A stretch of 60,437 nt of DNA, counting the filler. It is 4 parts of 4 records of this genome, joined end to end, with 100 filler letters (N's around TTAATTAATTAA, not from the genome) between each part and the next. Parts side by side here need not be neighbours in the genome. Positions count along the whole stretch, not along the records: positions 17,416 to 42,083 come from SRR22947727_43; 3 more parts are not named here. One strand, given 5' to 3'. Shown here in pieces: positions 31,086-40,958 of this stretch. Positions within the stretch are counted from its first letter, which is position 1. Each line of letters opens with the position of its first letter. A program made the position numbers and the translations under genes. The notes below the pieces were generated by a model. It was given only the letters and a program-made list of their open reading frames with translations, ran no database searches and was not told where the DNA came from.

Positions 31086-31991
31086 ATGAAAGGGTATATT
31101 AAATTATTATTGGTGCTAGTTGTAATGGTAAGTGCTCACACAGCTGCCTTTGCTCAGCAAAATGTGCTGAATGCTAAAACGCCTGATCAAATGAGAGCCT
31201 CTGAATTGGCGGGTGCTTTATTGCCAGAGAAACCCATGTCTTACGGTTATGTAGATCAAAGAGATATTCTCTGGTCTAAAACCGTATGGGAAGTGATTGA
31301 TTTGGATGAACGCATTAATTTTCCTTTATATTACCCTGTAGATACCGTTGCATTGGATGTTTCCAGAAGATCTCTCTATGATGTTTTGGTAAAGAATATT
31401 AAAAATGGATCGTTAGAGGAAGTCTATGTAGATTCTTATTTTACGGAAAAAAGAGCTTTTGAAGATCTAAAGGCAAGTCTTCAAAAAGTAGACACTACAG
31501 ATGCCGGTTACCAGGCATTAAATGCTGGTGAACAGGTGCCAGAAGAATACATTACCAGAAGAGATATTACAGCTGCAGATATTGAGCAGTATTTAATTAA
31601 AGGCATGTGGTATTTTGACAAGCGTTTAGGAGAACTCAAGTACCGATTAATTGGCTTGGCTCCAGTGGCTCCAGATGTGAATTTTATAGATGACGACAAT
31701 GTGGATCCTGAAGAAAATAAAGTGCCTTTATTTTGGGTGTGGTATCCTGCTGCAAGAGATATTCTTCATAATGCCAAAGTGTTCAACCAAAGAAATCCTT
31801 CCAATCCAATTTCTTTTGACATGTTGCTCAATGCCAGAAGATTTAATTCAATGATTTATAGAGAAGACAATGAATTTGGCGACAGAGATATTAAAGATTA
31901 CATTGTTAAAAATGCTTTGTTTCAATTGCTTGAATCCAATAGAATTAAAGAGGCTATAAGAGATAAGGAGCAGGACATGTGGAGTTATTAA
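31086..31991 (+). CDS. gldN: Gliding motility / T9SS protein GldN (PorN)
   Basis: WSK.VWE.IDL.ER.N.PLYYP, W.FDKR, LFWVWYP and EQDMW motifs. Confidence 0.93.
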   Translation: MKGYIKLLLVLVVMVSAHTAAFAQQNVLNAKTPDQMRASELAGALLPEKPMSYGYVDQRDILWSKTVWEVIDLDERINFPLYYPVDTVALDVSRRSLYDVLVKNIKNGSLEEVYVDSYFTEKRAFEDLKASLQKVDTTDAGYQALNAGEQVPEEYITRRDITAADIEQYLIKGMWYFDKRLGELKYRLIGLAPVAPDVNFIDDDNVDPEENKVPLFWVWYPAARDILHNAKVFNQRNPSNPISFDMLLNARRFNSMIYREDNEFGDRDIKDYIVKNALFQLLESNRIKEAIRDKEQDMWSY

Positions 31992-31997
31992 TTCCGT

Positions 31998-33047
31998 ATG
32001 ACTAAAAACATAGACACTATTATTGTTGGTTTAGGTTTGGCTGGTTTGGCTTATGCCGAGCATTTGCTAAATAGCGGAAAATCTTTTGTGGTTTTCTCTG
32101 ACCGTTCCCAACGAGCCTCTATGGTAGCAGGCGGTTTGTATAACCCTGTTATTCTCAAACGTTTTACTGGAGCTTGGAATGGTGCCGCGCAATTGGATTA
32201 CGCGCTGCCTTTTTATGAAAATCTTGAACGTAAATTGGGCTTGAAATTAGATTATCAATTGCCTATATTGAGAAGGTTTGCCAGTATTGAGGAGCAGAAC
32301 TTATGGTTTCAGGCCTCTGACAAACCAGGTCTAAATCCATTTTTATCCTTAAAGCTCCTAGAAAACAATAATCAAGGTCTTTTCATTCCTCATAAATTTG
32401 GTTTGGTTCAAGGCAGTGGACGAGTAGCTACCAAAGCATTGATTAATTCCTATGAGACCTATTTAGAACAGCAGGATCTTTGGCGAAATGAATCATTTGA
32501 TTGCACACATTTATCTGTGGAAGTTTCTGGAGTTAGTTATAAGTCGTGTAAGGCCAAGCGTGTGGTTTTCGCAGAGGGATATGGGCTTAAGAGCAATCCA
32601 TTTTTTAATTATTTGCCTTTAGAGGGAACAAAGGGGGAGGTGATTACGATGCGTATTCCAGGTTTAAACGAGGGTGCTATTGTAAAATCTGGTGTTTTTA
32701 TTATTCCCTTAGGAGGGGACCTTTACAGGGTAGGATCTACTTATTTCTGGCGAGATAAGACAGAGGGACCTACTGAGGCAGCTAAAACTTTTCTTTTAGA
32801 GCGTTTAGAGGGCTTTATGACCCTGCCTTACGAAATAGTCTCACATATGTCTGGAGTGAGGCCTACAGTCTCTGATAGAAGGCCTCTGGTGGGACAGCAT
32901 CCAGAACACAACAATCTATTTGTGTTAAATGGAATGGGCTCTAGGGGGGTTATGACGGCACCTACTGCTGCAAATGCTTTATATAAATATATTTATGAGG
33001 GGCTTGCAATAGATCCTGAAATGGATGTGGCTAGATTTTTGCCTTAA
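31998..33047 (+). CDS. FAD-dependent oxidoreductase (DAO/MnmC-like family)
   Basis: IVGLGLAG, AS.VAGG, GVRP...DRRP.VG and NG.GSRG motifs. Confidence 0.85.
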   Translation: MTKNIDTIIVGLGLAGLAYAEHLLNSGKSFVVFSDRSQRASMVAGGLYNPVILKRFTGAWNGAAQLDYALPFYENLERKLGLKLDYQLPILRRFASIEEQNLWFQASDKPGLNPFLSLKLLENNNQGLFIPHKFGLVQGSGRVATKALINSYETYLEQQDLWRNESFDCTHLSVEVSGVSYKSCKAKRVVFAEGYGLKSNPFFNYLPLEGTKGEVITMRIPGLNEGAIVKSGVFIIPLGGDLYRVGSTYFWRDKTEGPTEAAKTFLLERLEGFMTLPYEIVSHMSGVRPTVSDRRPLVGQHPEHNNLFVLNGMGSRGVMTAPTAANALYKYIYEGLAIDPEMDVARFLP

Positions 33048-33429
33048 AATCAGCCACTGCATTGGGATCGAAATGCATGAAAATGTTGATCCAAATATTT
33101 CTAGAAATCCTAATTACTATGGGATAGAACACAATCATGGTTGCTACAATAGCAATAAAGGCTGTTTTTAGAGAACTCCCTAAGAATAAATAAGAGATTA
33201 TAAATGCCGCTACAGCAAATGCTATTCCAACACCATAACTTACATACATGGCACCGTAAAAAAAGGAAGGTTCCATCATATATTTTGCATTACAATGGCC
33301 ACAACGTTCCTGCATTTTAAATAATTTGCCCAAATGATAGGGGTTTTTGTCCAAATACATGTTTTCTTCTTGGCATCTGGGACAACTTCCTGTTAAAATG
33401 CTATTTAGTTTGTTTCCTTTTTTTAACAT
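33031..33429 (-). CDS. DUF983 family protein
   Basis: CPRC...C..C, EP.FFYGAMYVSY and two TM segments; ATG at 33429 preferred. Confidence 0.85.
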   Translation of the reverse strand: MLKKGNKLNSILTGSCPRCQEENMYLDKNPYHLGKLFKMQERCGHCNAKYMMEPSFFYGAMYVSYGVGIAFAVAAFIISYLFLGSSLKTAFIAIVATMIVFYPIVIRISRNIWINIFMHFDPNAVADFKAKI

Positions 33430-33437
33430 TTGCAAAA

Positions 33438-33445
33438 TATTTTTG
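33438..33445 (+). promoter_or_regulatory. Bacteroidota sigmaA -7 element (ABC-F gene)
   Basis: TATTTTTG, 50 nt upstream of the ATG at 33496. Confidence 0.5.
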
Positions 33446-33495
33446 TAAAAATACCTCAATCTGGGGTTTTTTAATGTAACAACAGTCACAAAAGA

Positions 33496-35415
33496 ATGCT
33501 CAATATACACAAGTTATCTGTAGGTTTTGGTGGAGAATACCTCTTTGAAGAAATCTCATTTAGATTAAATGCTGGAGATCGCGTAGGTCTTATCGGAAAA
33601 AATGGTGCTGGAAAATCTACACTACTGAAACTACTCTCTAAAGATATGGCGCCAGATACTGGCGTGATAGCGAGTGAAAAAGACCTTCAATTGGGATTCT
33701 TAAGGCAAGATATAGATTTTGTTCAGGGGAGAACTGTTTTGGAAGAAGCCCAGCAAGCCTTTGAAGAAATTAAATCTCTTGAATTGCAATTGGATGAGGT
33801 AAACCATCAGTTGGCTACCAGAACAGATTATGAGAGTGATGCGTATTCTGCGATTATTGAAGACCTCAGTGATTTAACCCATAGATATGAGCTCATAGGA
33901 GGGTATAACTATCAGGGAGATACTGAGAAAATTCTTCAGGGATTGGGTTTTAAAAGGGCAGATTTTGACAAGAAAACAGAGACGTTTTCTGGAGGGTGGA
34001 GAATGCGTATTGAATTGGCCAAGTTGCTGCTTCAAACCAATGACGTACTTTTATTAGATGAGCCTACCAACCACCTAGACATAGAATCTATTATTTGGTT
34101 GGAACAATTTCTAAATCAGTACTCAGGTGCTGTGGTGATTGTTTCTCACGACAAGATGTTTCTTGACAATGTAACCAACAGAAGTATAGAAATTTCCCTG
34201 GGAAGGATTTACGACTACAACAAGCCTTATTCTCAGTATTTGGTGCTGCGATCTGAGCTAAAAGAATTACAACTCAACGCACAAAAAAACCAAGAAAAGC
34301 AAATCCAACAAACAGAGCGATTAATTGAAAAGTTTAGGGCCAAAGCCTCTAAAGCCACCATGGCCCAATCGCTCATTAAAAAATTGGATAAAATTGACAG
34401 AATTGAGGTAGATGAAGATGACAATAGCGTCATGAAACTTCGTTTTCCCATTTCTGTCACTCCAGGAAAAGTGGTGCTAGAGATAGACGGTGTGTCTAAA
34501 TCCTACGGAGACAACCAAGTGTTGTCAGAAATAGATCTTTTGATTGAACGGGATTCAAAAACTGCCTTTGTAGGTCAAAATGGCCAAGGCAAGTCTACAT
34601 TAGCAAAGATTATTGTAGCTGAATTAGAGGCTTCTAATGGCTTGGTAAAATTGGGACACAATGTACAAATTGGGTATTTTGCCCAAAACCAAGCAGAGTA
34701 TTTAGACGGTAGTAAAACTGTTTTAGATACTATGATAGACGCTGCCAATGAGACAAACAGGGCCAAAGTTAGAGATATTCTAGGGTCATTTTTGTTTAGG
34801 GGAGAAGAAGTAGATAAGTTTGTAAGGGTGCTCTCTGGAGGAGAGCGCAATAGATTGGCCTTGGCCAAGTTGCTGTTGCAGCCACTCAATGTTTTGGTCA
34901 TGGATGAGCCCACCAACCACCTGGATATTAAATCTAAAAATGTACTAAAGCAGGCACTACAAAGTTTTGAAGGGACCTTGCTATTGGTGTCTCATGACAG
35001 GGATTTTTTACAAGGTCTTACCAATAAAGTGTACGAATTTAAGGACCAGAAGATCAATGAGTACCTAGGAGATATTGACTTTTATTTAGAGCAGCGAAAG
35101 GTCCAGGATTTCAGGGCTATTGAAAAAAAGCAACAGGTAAAAACTGAAAAAAAGGGCCAAAGCAATCAAAAACCAGCCTTAGATTACCAACAGCAAAAAG
35201 CCCATAAATCACTTCAGAATAAGCTCAGTAATCTAGAAACTAAAATTTCAGACCTGGAAAAATTAATTGCCTCTAAAGACAAGTCTTTGGAAGATAATTA
35301 TGAGAAAACTGCTGCTGATTCAGCCTTTTTTGACCGCTACCAAAAGGATAAAAAAGATTTACAACAGGCCATGAAAGATTGGGAAAAAGTGAGTTTAGAT
35401 TTAGAATTGTTTTAA
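33496..35415 (+). CDS. ABC-F family ATP-binding protein (ribosome-associated)
   Basis: Two NBDs (GKNGAGKS and GQNGQGKS; FSGGW and LSGGE; two DEPTNHLD), no TM domain, coiled-coil tail. Confidence 0.93.
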   Translation: MLNIHKLSVGFGGEYLFEEISFRLNAGDRVGLIGKNGAGKSTLLKLLSKDMAPDTGVIASEKDLQLGFLRQDIDFVQGRTVLEEAQQAFEEIKSLELQLDEVNHQLATRTDYESDAYSAIIEDLSDLTHRYELIGGYNYQGDTEKILQGLGFKRADFDKKTETFSGGWRMRIELAKLLLQTNDVLLLDEPTNHLDIESIIWLEQFLNQYSGAVVIVSHDKMFLDNVTNRSIEISLGRIYDYNKPYSQYLVLRSELKELQLNAQKNQEKQIQQTERLIEKFRAKASKATMAQSLIKKLDKIDRIEVDEDDNSVMKLRFPISVTPGKVVLEIDGVSKSYGDNQVLSEIDLLIERDSKTAFVGQNGQGKSTLAKIIVAELEASNGLVKLGHNVQIGYFAQNQAEYLDGSKTVLDTMIDAANETNRAKVRDILGSFLFRGEEVDKFVRVLSGGERNRLALAKLLLQPLNVLVMDEPTNHLDIKSKNVLKQALQSFEGTLLLVSHDRDFLQGLTNKVYEFKDQKINEYLGDIDFYLEQRKVQDFRAIEKKQQVKTEKKGQSNQKPALDYQQQKAHKSLQNKLSNLETKISDLEKLIASKDKSLEDNYEKTAADSAFFDRYQKDKKDLQQAMKDWEKVSLDLELF

Positions 35416-35629
35416 ACTGCAAGAGGCACTAGTTAAAACATCTGCGGTCAATTTTAAACGCACCGAGGAACAATACGCATTGGGTACTATTACCGCCATT
35501 GAATTCCGACAGGCGCAGTTGAATTTGTTAAACGCAGAGACCAGCAGTAATGCGGCCAAGTACAATGCTAAATTAGCCGAGTATGCGTTGATGCAACTTT
35601 CGGGACAATTCTTAAATACAGATTTTTAA
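35411..35629 (+). pseudogene. C-terminal remnant of a TolC-family outer membrane efflux protein
   Basis: Translates FKLQEALVKTSAVNFKRTEEQYALGTITAIEFRQAQLNLLNAETSSNAAKYNAKLAEYALMQLSGQFLNTDF*. This is the OEP C-terminal repeat pattern (Y..G......E..QAQ..L..A...L....G). There is no ATG start, and an in-frame TAG lies at 35402. Confidence 0.8.
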
Positions 35630-35638
35630 GCACTTCTT

Positions 35639-37195
35639 TTATAAGGCCCATTTTTGGGCAATGGCGTCTACACAGTTAATGCCGTCTATGGCGGCAGATA
35701 TAATGCCACCAGCATAACCAGCACCCTCCCCACAAGGATATAGCCCTTTAATGTCTATGTGTTCTAAGGTGTTGGGATCTCTAGGAATAGAGACTGGAGA
35801 AGAGGTCCTGCTTTCAGGTGCGTGTAAAACCGCCTCATTGGTGTAATAACCATTCATTTTACGACCAAACTTCACAAAGGCCTTTTGCAGTCTTTTTGCA
35901 ATCAGTGGCGGCAGTACCTCTGCTAAATTAACACTCACAATCCCAGGCTGATAAGAGGTTTTTGGAAAGTCTGCAGAGGTTTTACCCTGTACAAAATCTA
36001 TCATTCTTTGGGCGGGTACTCGCTGTGTTTTACCTCCGGCAACCCAGCAGTCATACTCCACTTTTTTCTGAAAATCTAGGCATACAAAAGGATCATTTTC
36101 TTTGTAATTAGGTAAGTCTTCTGGCGAAACACTCACCACAATACCGGAGTTGGCATAAGGATTGTTTCGCTTGCTTGGACTCCAACCATTGGTGACCACT
36201 TCTTCTGCTTCTGTAGCACATGGGGCAATAATCCCACCCGGACACATGCAAAATGAATAGACACCCATTCCGTTTACCTGTTCTACCAAAGCGTAAGACG
36301 CCGGAGGGAGGTATGGATTTTGGTGGTCTCCATGGTATTGAATGTCGTTTATTAATTCTTGGGTGTGTTCTACACGAACCCCAAGCGCAAAAGGTTTGGC
36401 AGCTATAGTGACCCCTCTTTTGTGGAGCAAGTAAAAAATATCTCTTGCGGAGTGTCCCGTAGCTAAGACTACTTCTGAAAAGTCATGCCAGGTATCTCCG
36501 TTTATTTCGAGTCCTTTAATGCTGCTGTTTTCTATTTTAATATCGGTGAGTTTGGCATTGAAATGCACCGCGCCTCCGTGTGCAATTACGGCTTCTCTCA
36601 TGGCCGTAATAATGGCGGGTAATTTATTGGTGCCAATATGAGGGTGTGCTTCCACTAGAATGTCGTCAGAGGCACCAAAGTGCACCAACCACTCTAAGGC
36701 TTTAAGCACATTACCCCTCTTTTTAGATCGGGTGTATAATTTACCGTCAGAATAGGTTCCAGCACCCCCTTCTCCAAAGCAATAATTGGATTCTGGGTTT
36801 ACGGTTTGTGCTTTGTTAATGGCGGCCAAATCCCGTCTCCTCGCACGCACATCTTTTCCTCTTTCGAACACCACTGGAGTGATTCCTGCTTCAATAGCCC
36901 TGAGTGCTGCGTATAATCCTGCAGGGCCAGCACCAATAATGGCCACTTTTTTCTCTGGATTTACTGTTTTTGCTCTCCAAGCCTGTGCTACTTCTCTTAC
37001 TTCGCCCACCTTCCAAAACTCCAGCTGTACATTCAGTTTAATAGACGCTTTCCTGGCGTCTAAGGAACGTTTTCTAATGCGCCAATCAATTACCTCATTC
37101 GGGTTTAGTTTGGCCTTCTGAAGCCCTAGGCGGTAAATGAATTCTAGGTCTTCCTGCTGTTGCGGTTTTATGACAATTTGAACGAGTGCACTCAT
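35639..37195 (-). CDS. Uncharacterized NAD(P)/FAD-dependent oxidoreductase (COG2509-like)
   Basis: IIGAGPAG, FGEGGAGTYSDGKL, FCMCPGG and GEGAGYAGGI.SAA.DG motifs. Confidence 0.85.
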   Translation of the reverse strand: MSALVQIVIKPQQQEDLEFIYRLGLQKAKLNPNEVIDWRIRKRSLDARKASIKLNVQLEFWKVGEVREVAQAWRAKTVNPEKKVAIIGAGPAGLYAALRAIEAGITPVVFERGKDVRARRRDLAAINKAQTVNPESNYCFGEGGAGTYSDGKLYTRSKKRGNVLKALEWLVHFGASDDILVEAHPHIGTNKLPAIITAMREAVIAHGGAVHFNAKLTDIKIENSSIKGLEINGDTWHDFSEVVLATGHSARDIFYLLHKRGVTIAAKPFALGVRVEHTQELINDIQYHGDHQNPYLPPASYALVEQVNGMGVYSFCMCPGGIIAPCATEAEEVVTNGWSPSKRNNPYANSGIVVSVSPEDLPNYKENDPFVCLDFQKKVEYDCWVAGGKTQRVPAQRMIDFVQGKTSADFPKTSYQPGIVSVNLAEVLPPLIAKRLQKAFVKFGRKMNGYYTNEAVLHAPESRTSSPVSIPRDPNTLEHIDIKGLYPCGEGAGYAGGIISAAIDGINCVDAIAQKWAL

Positions 37196-37199
37196 AGTG

Positions 37200-37207
37200 C
37201 AAAGGTA
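37200..37207 (-). promoter_or_regulatory. Bacteroidota sigmaA -7 element, 4 nt from the start codon
   Basis: Minus strand TACCTTTG-CACT-ATG. Confidence 0.65.
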
Positions 37208-37209
37208 GT

Positions 37210-39921
37210 TTATAAGCTGTAAATAAACCTAAAAGTTACAAACCTTGGTTGTATGAAAGTTTCAGAGGTAAAGACAGAAATATTATTGGCGTTGTTTCTA
37301 ATTTGGGCATCTATGTTGAGTAGGTTGGTGCCGCTTAATTGGTATTCCCATTTGGCATCTTTGTCTTTTCTGTATGAAATATTTCCATTCCAATTTTGAA
37401 AAGATTGCGATTGTCCATTTCCTATGTCTTGTGAGGTATAGGTGTAATCTGTTCTAAAGGTGATTTTTTTCAATATATACGCGTCAAAATTCACGGATGG
37501 AGCGCGATTCGTGAAAGTAGTTTTACGGCTTCCTTGGTTGTTGGTGGTTACGCCATACCTATAGTTGAAACTCACATTAGGTGCCACCTTAAAATTGGTG
37601 CGAATTCCGGGCGTGTAGGTTTGTGTAATTCCTTCATTTACGGATACTTGATTTTGAATAAACTGGTTTATTTTACTGTAGTTTAAGCTGGCGTTAAAAC
37701 TGGCCCTAATTTTCCCAAAAGTCCTTTGAATTCTCCCAAAAATATTGGCGTTTTCATCTGCAAAACTAGAGTTAAAAAAAGTACTGGTTCTAATTACATT
37801 TTCAAAGTTTGTAAGGCTTCTGATTTGGTCAATATTATTCGAATAAGCCGCCCTTACAAATACATTGGTGTAATTGAATAAGTTAAAGCTGCTGTACAGC
37901 AAGCTCAAGTTGTTGGAAAGGGCATTTTGCAAGTCTGGATTTCCAAATTGAATGCTGTTGTAATTGTTTAAAACCAATCCCTGGGCCAAACGAGTAACGT
38001 CTGTAAATTGGTTTCTCATATTGTAGTTAAAGGTGAGGCTTTCTCCTTTTTTTAACTGAATTCTAGTCTCAAAATCTGGCAGAAGTTTTATGAAGTTATC
38101 TGTGAAAGTTTCTTGAAATTGGGTGTTGTTGTTCCCGTAAGCATGTATAGAAAAGCCTGGTGTAAAGGTAAATTTTCCGGTCCTAAACCTATAATGTGCT
38201 CCTATATAAAAATCCTTAAAAGCATAACTCACGTCATTGCTTGCTTTTCCTTCATTGAAGTTTGGGCTTGGATTCAGTAGGCTATTGTCTTCTAAAAACT
38301 GAAATATAGTAGAGTTGAATTGCTGGTAGCTCAGGATGGTTCCTAGGGTAATATTAATATTGCTCTTTGAATTTATAATGTGGTAATAATCCAACTTAGC
38401 GTCTAATTGATTGCTCTTGATTCTTCTATTTTGCCCTATGTTATAATCAGAAAAGCCACTGTTGAATCCAATCGCGTTTGCTGTAACCATATAAGGATTA
38501 ACCCCACTGCTGTTGTCTAGAATGGCATTGTAAACAGGATCTTCATCTTTGATGAGGTGCTGGGATTCAAAAGCGAATATATTGTTCTCATCAAGGGTGT
38601 AATAATACTTAAGACTTTGGTTAATATTAAAGGGTTTTACTTCTTCTGTTTGAACGGTACTACCAATAACGGAAGAGAAAATAGATTGGTTTTGGGTGTC
38701 GTTAGAAGTCCTTCCCAATATATCGTAATCTATTTGATTGCTAAAGTTTGGTTTGTAAGAAAGGCTGAGTTTTGTTAAGGCTTGATTGGATCTTTCGTTT
38801 CCCTCTTGGTCCGTAGCTTCATCTGGTATGCCCAACTCTGGGTTGGTATATTGGATGAGACTAACTTCCTTAGAAAGAATTTTACTGCTGTTAATGATTA
38901 AAAAACCACTAATGTCTAAGGCTTTATTTGGGGAGTAACTAAAATTAGCTGTGGCCAGTTTGTTTTCTATTCTAAGGGCGTTGTTTTGGTTAGTCAGGAA
39001 ATTTAGGCTGTTGTCTCCCAAGTTAATACTGGTTCCACTGGTGCTGCTCGGTGGGTTAAAACCACCCCCAAAGCCTCTAATATCTCTTCTAGATAGCCCT
39101 ATTTCGCCAATGTTATTTAAATCCCCAATAAAATTAATACTGTATTTAGGGCTGTAATAGAATAATTTTGGTTGTGCTAAATAGAGGGTTTCCTCAGGAC
39201 CCGCACCACTTCCTGCGGTGACATTGCCAAACCAAAAATTTTCTTTTCCCTCTTTGAGTTTAATGTTTATGGCCACATTGTCTTGGTTGTTTCTCACCGA
39301 ACTCAATTGGCCCACCTCAGAATAATTTTTAAGGATTTGTATTTTATCTACTGCATTGGAAGGAATGTTTTTGGTGGCCACTTTGGTGTCTCCGTCAAAA
39401 AAATCTTTTCCGTTTACCATCAGTTTATTCACCACCTTTCCCTCAACTTCTATTTGTCCATTTTCATTGATCTCTACACCAGGAAGCTTGTCTATAATAT
39501 CTTCTAGTTTTCGTTCAGATCCATTGGTATAAGAGTCTGCGTTGTACACCAAGGTGTCTCCTTTAACTGCGACCGGCATTTTATAAACCAGCTCTACCTC
39601 ATCTAGGGCAAACTCAGGAATGAGGTTGTAATCCTTATTGAGGTCTATATCCGTTGTGCTAATGGAGTCGTTCTGGGTCTTAAGCCCAATATAACTTACC
39701 TGAACCCTGTAGTCACTATTCTTTTTTAGTTCCAGGGTGTAAGCGCCGTCTTTATTGGTGATGGTATAGGATTCAAACCCATTTGTTTTTTTGTTAATGG
39801 CTACCACACTGGCAAGCTCTAATGGATTGTTTAGGCTGTCCATGACAACCCCTTGCAACTTTATTTGACCCAACATTAAGACAGGTAGCAGTATGGCAAC
39901 CCATAAGAGGCACTTTTTCAT
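37210..39921 (-). CDS. Outer membrane beta-barrel protein with carboxypeptidase-regulatory-like N-domain and plug-like domain (TonB-dependent receptor-like)
   Basis: Signal peptide, G.V.D...PL..ASV, KGDTLVYNA, LPGVE and V....VNGK.FF motifs; C-terminal beta-signal FRFIYSL. Confidence 0.8.
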   Translation of the reverse strand: MKKCLLWVAILLPVLMLGQIKLQGVVMDSLNNPLELASVVAINKKTNGFESYTITNKDGAYTLELKKNSDYRVQVSYIGLKTQNDSISTTDIDLNKDYNLIPEFALDEVELVYKMPVAVKGDTLVYNADSYTNGSERKLEDIIDKLPGVEINENGQIEVEGKVVNKLMVNGKDFFDGDTKVATKNIPSNAVDKIQILKNYSEVGQLSSVRNNQDNVAINIKLKEGKENFWFGNVTAGSGAGPEETLYLAQPKLFYYSPKYSINFIGDLNNIGEIGLSRRDIRGFGGGFNPPSSTSGTSINLGDNSLNFLTNQNNALRIENKLATANFSYSPNKALDISGFLIINSSKILSKEVSLIQYTNPELGIPDEATDQEGNERSNQALTKLSLSYKPNFSNQIDYDILGRTSNDTQNQSIFSSVIGSTVQTEEVKPFNINQSLKYYYTLDENNIFAFESQHLIKDEDPVYNAILDNSSGVNPYMVTANAIGFNSGFSDYNIGQNRRIKSNQLDAKLDYYHIINSKSNINITLGTILSYQQFNSTIFQFLEDNSLLNPSPNFNEGKASNDVSYAFKDFYIGAHYRFRTGKFTFTPGFSIHAYGNNNTQFQETFTDNFIKLLPDFETRIQLKKGESLTFNYNMRNQFTDVTRLAQGLVLNNYNSIQFGNPDLQNALSNNLSLLYSSFNLFNYTNVFVRAAYSNNIDQIRSLTNFENVIRTSTFFNSSFADENANIFGRIQRTFGKIRASFNASLNYSKINQFIQNQVSVNEGITQTYTPGIRTNFKVAPNVSFNYRYGVTTNNQGSRKTTFTNRAPSVNFDAYILKKITFRTDYTYTSQDIGNGQSQSFQNWNGNISYRKDKDAKWEYQLSGTNLLNIDAQIRNNANNISVFTSETFIQPRFVTFRFIYSL

Positions 39922-39940
39922 ACAAAAAGGAATTATTTAA

Positions 39941-40750
39941 TTAGTTGGATCTTCTGCCCCTGTTGTTTCTCATTTCGAGCATTTTGCCCACAACGGTCTC
40001 TTGGTATTCTTTTTTAGTCACCTCTTTTCCTTTTTCAGGAATTTTAATGTCTATACCATCTTTAGGATTCAGTACTATTTGTGAACACAACATAGTGGTG
40101 TTACCCGCACTAACTTCCAAAATAAGACCAGGAAGGCCCCAGTATTCTGCGGGTCCGTGTCTGAGTGGAATTTGCAGGGTGTACCAAGCTTCAACCTGGG
40201 TGTATTCCACCGCTTTTTCTTCAGTGCTTTCATTGAGATTACCCCAAGAAAAATCGTACCAACTCAATTCATCTGTAGGAATAGAAGCAGTAGCCTTAAA
40301 GCACATATATTGCCCAATTAATTTGGATTCAGCGCCCATGGTCCAATTAATTTCTTGGAGTTTGTCTTTCACTAAAAACTTTTTTCCGTAAAATTCTTGC
40401 TCTTGAACCAAGCTGTTGTCTTGAATATTTTTGTATTGTGCCCCTCTTGAGAAATTACTTCCCCAAGAATCTGTAGCCCCTGAATAGGCGTCTACTTTCT
40501 CCTCTTCTTTAAAGAATGACGCCTCTTTATTGAAACTGAGCACAAAGGTCTTTTCTAGCCTATTTTTAAGCCTTTCTTTCATTTGTTTCTTCTGTGCCTC
40601 ACTCATTCGAGCCCCCCAATTCCCTAATTCCATTTTAGATTGAGAAAAATAGTACGCTTTGCCTTCAAAGTCTTGACTTTCAGTCGATGCTGTAAAGGGT
40701 CCACTGTTTATGAACAGAGCAGAGAGTAATATAAAAAAGGTAGTTTTCAT
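39941..40750 (-). CDS. GLPGLI family protein
   Basis: Literal GP..YWGLPGLILEV, K.IG.Y.C.KAT and AWYT.QIP motifs; signal peptide. Confidence 0.92.
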   Translation of the reverse strand: MKTTFFILLSALFINSGPFTASTESQDFEGKAYYFSQSKMELGNWGARMSEAQKKQMKERLKNRLEKTFVLSFNKEASFFKEEEKVDAYSGATDSWGSNFSRGAQYKNIQDNSLVQEQEFYGKKFLVKDKLQEINWTMGAESKLIGQYMCFKATASIPTDELSWYDFSWGNLNESTEEKAVEYTQVEAWYTLQIPLRHGPAEYWGLPGLILEVSAGNTTMLCSQIVLNPKDGIDIKIPEKGKEVTKKEYQETVVGKMLEMRNNRGRRSN

Positions 40751-40958
40751 TTTGTTCCTTTATTTTGTTTAACGAATGTACAAATAATTTAAACATAATG
40801 AATCAAAAATGAAATTTTTGTATTTGTAGCCCAGAATGGGTTGAGGCGGGTTCTGGCCTATTTATGGATTATAAAGAACCAACAGCTGTTATTTGATCAG
40901 TGTCTTTATTGAAGCGTGGGGCTTTAAAACTGTGATTTCCTTTATTTTGACGCGTAAA

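Noticed and set aside
27340..31991. gldKLMN as a novel system or as a horizontal transfer into SAR11
   Set aside because: A well-characterised T9SS/gliding motor on a separate flavobacterial contig.
40828..40858. CCAGAA...TTCTGG inverted repeat in the GLPGLI/aldC spacer
   Set aside because: Short stem, long loop and a single copy; not enough to call a terminator or repeat element.
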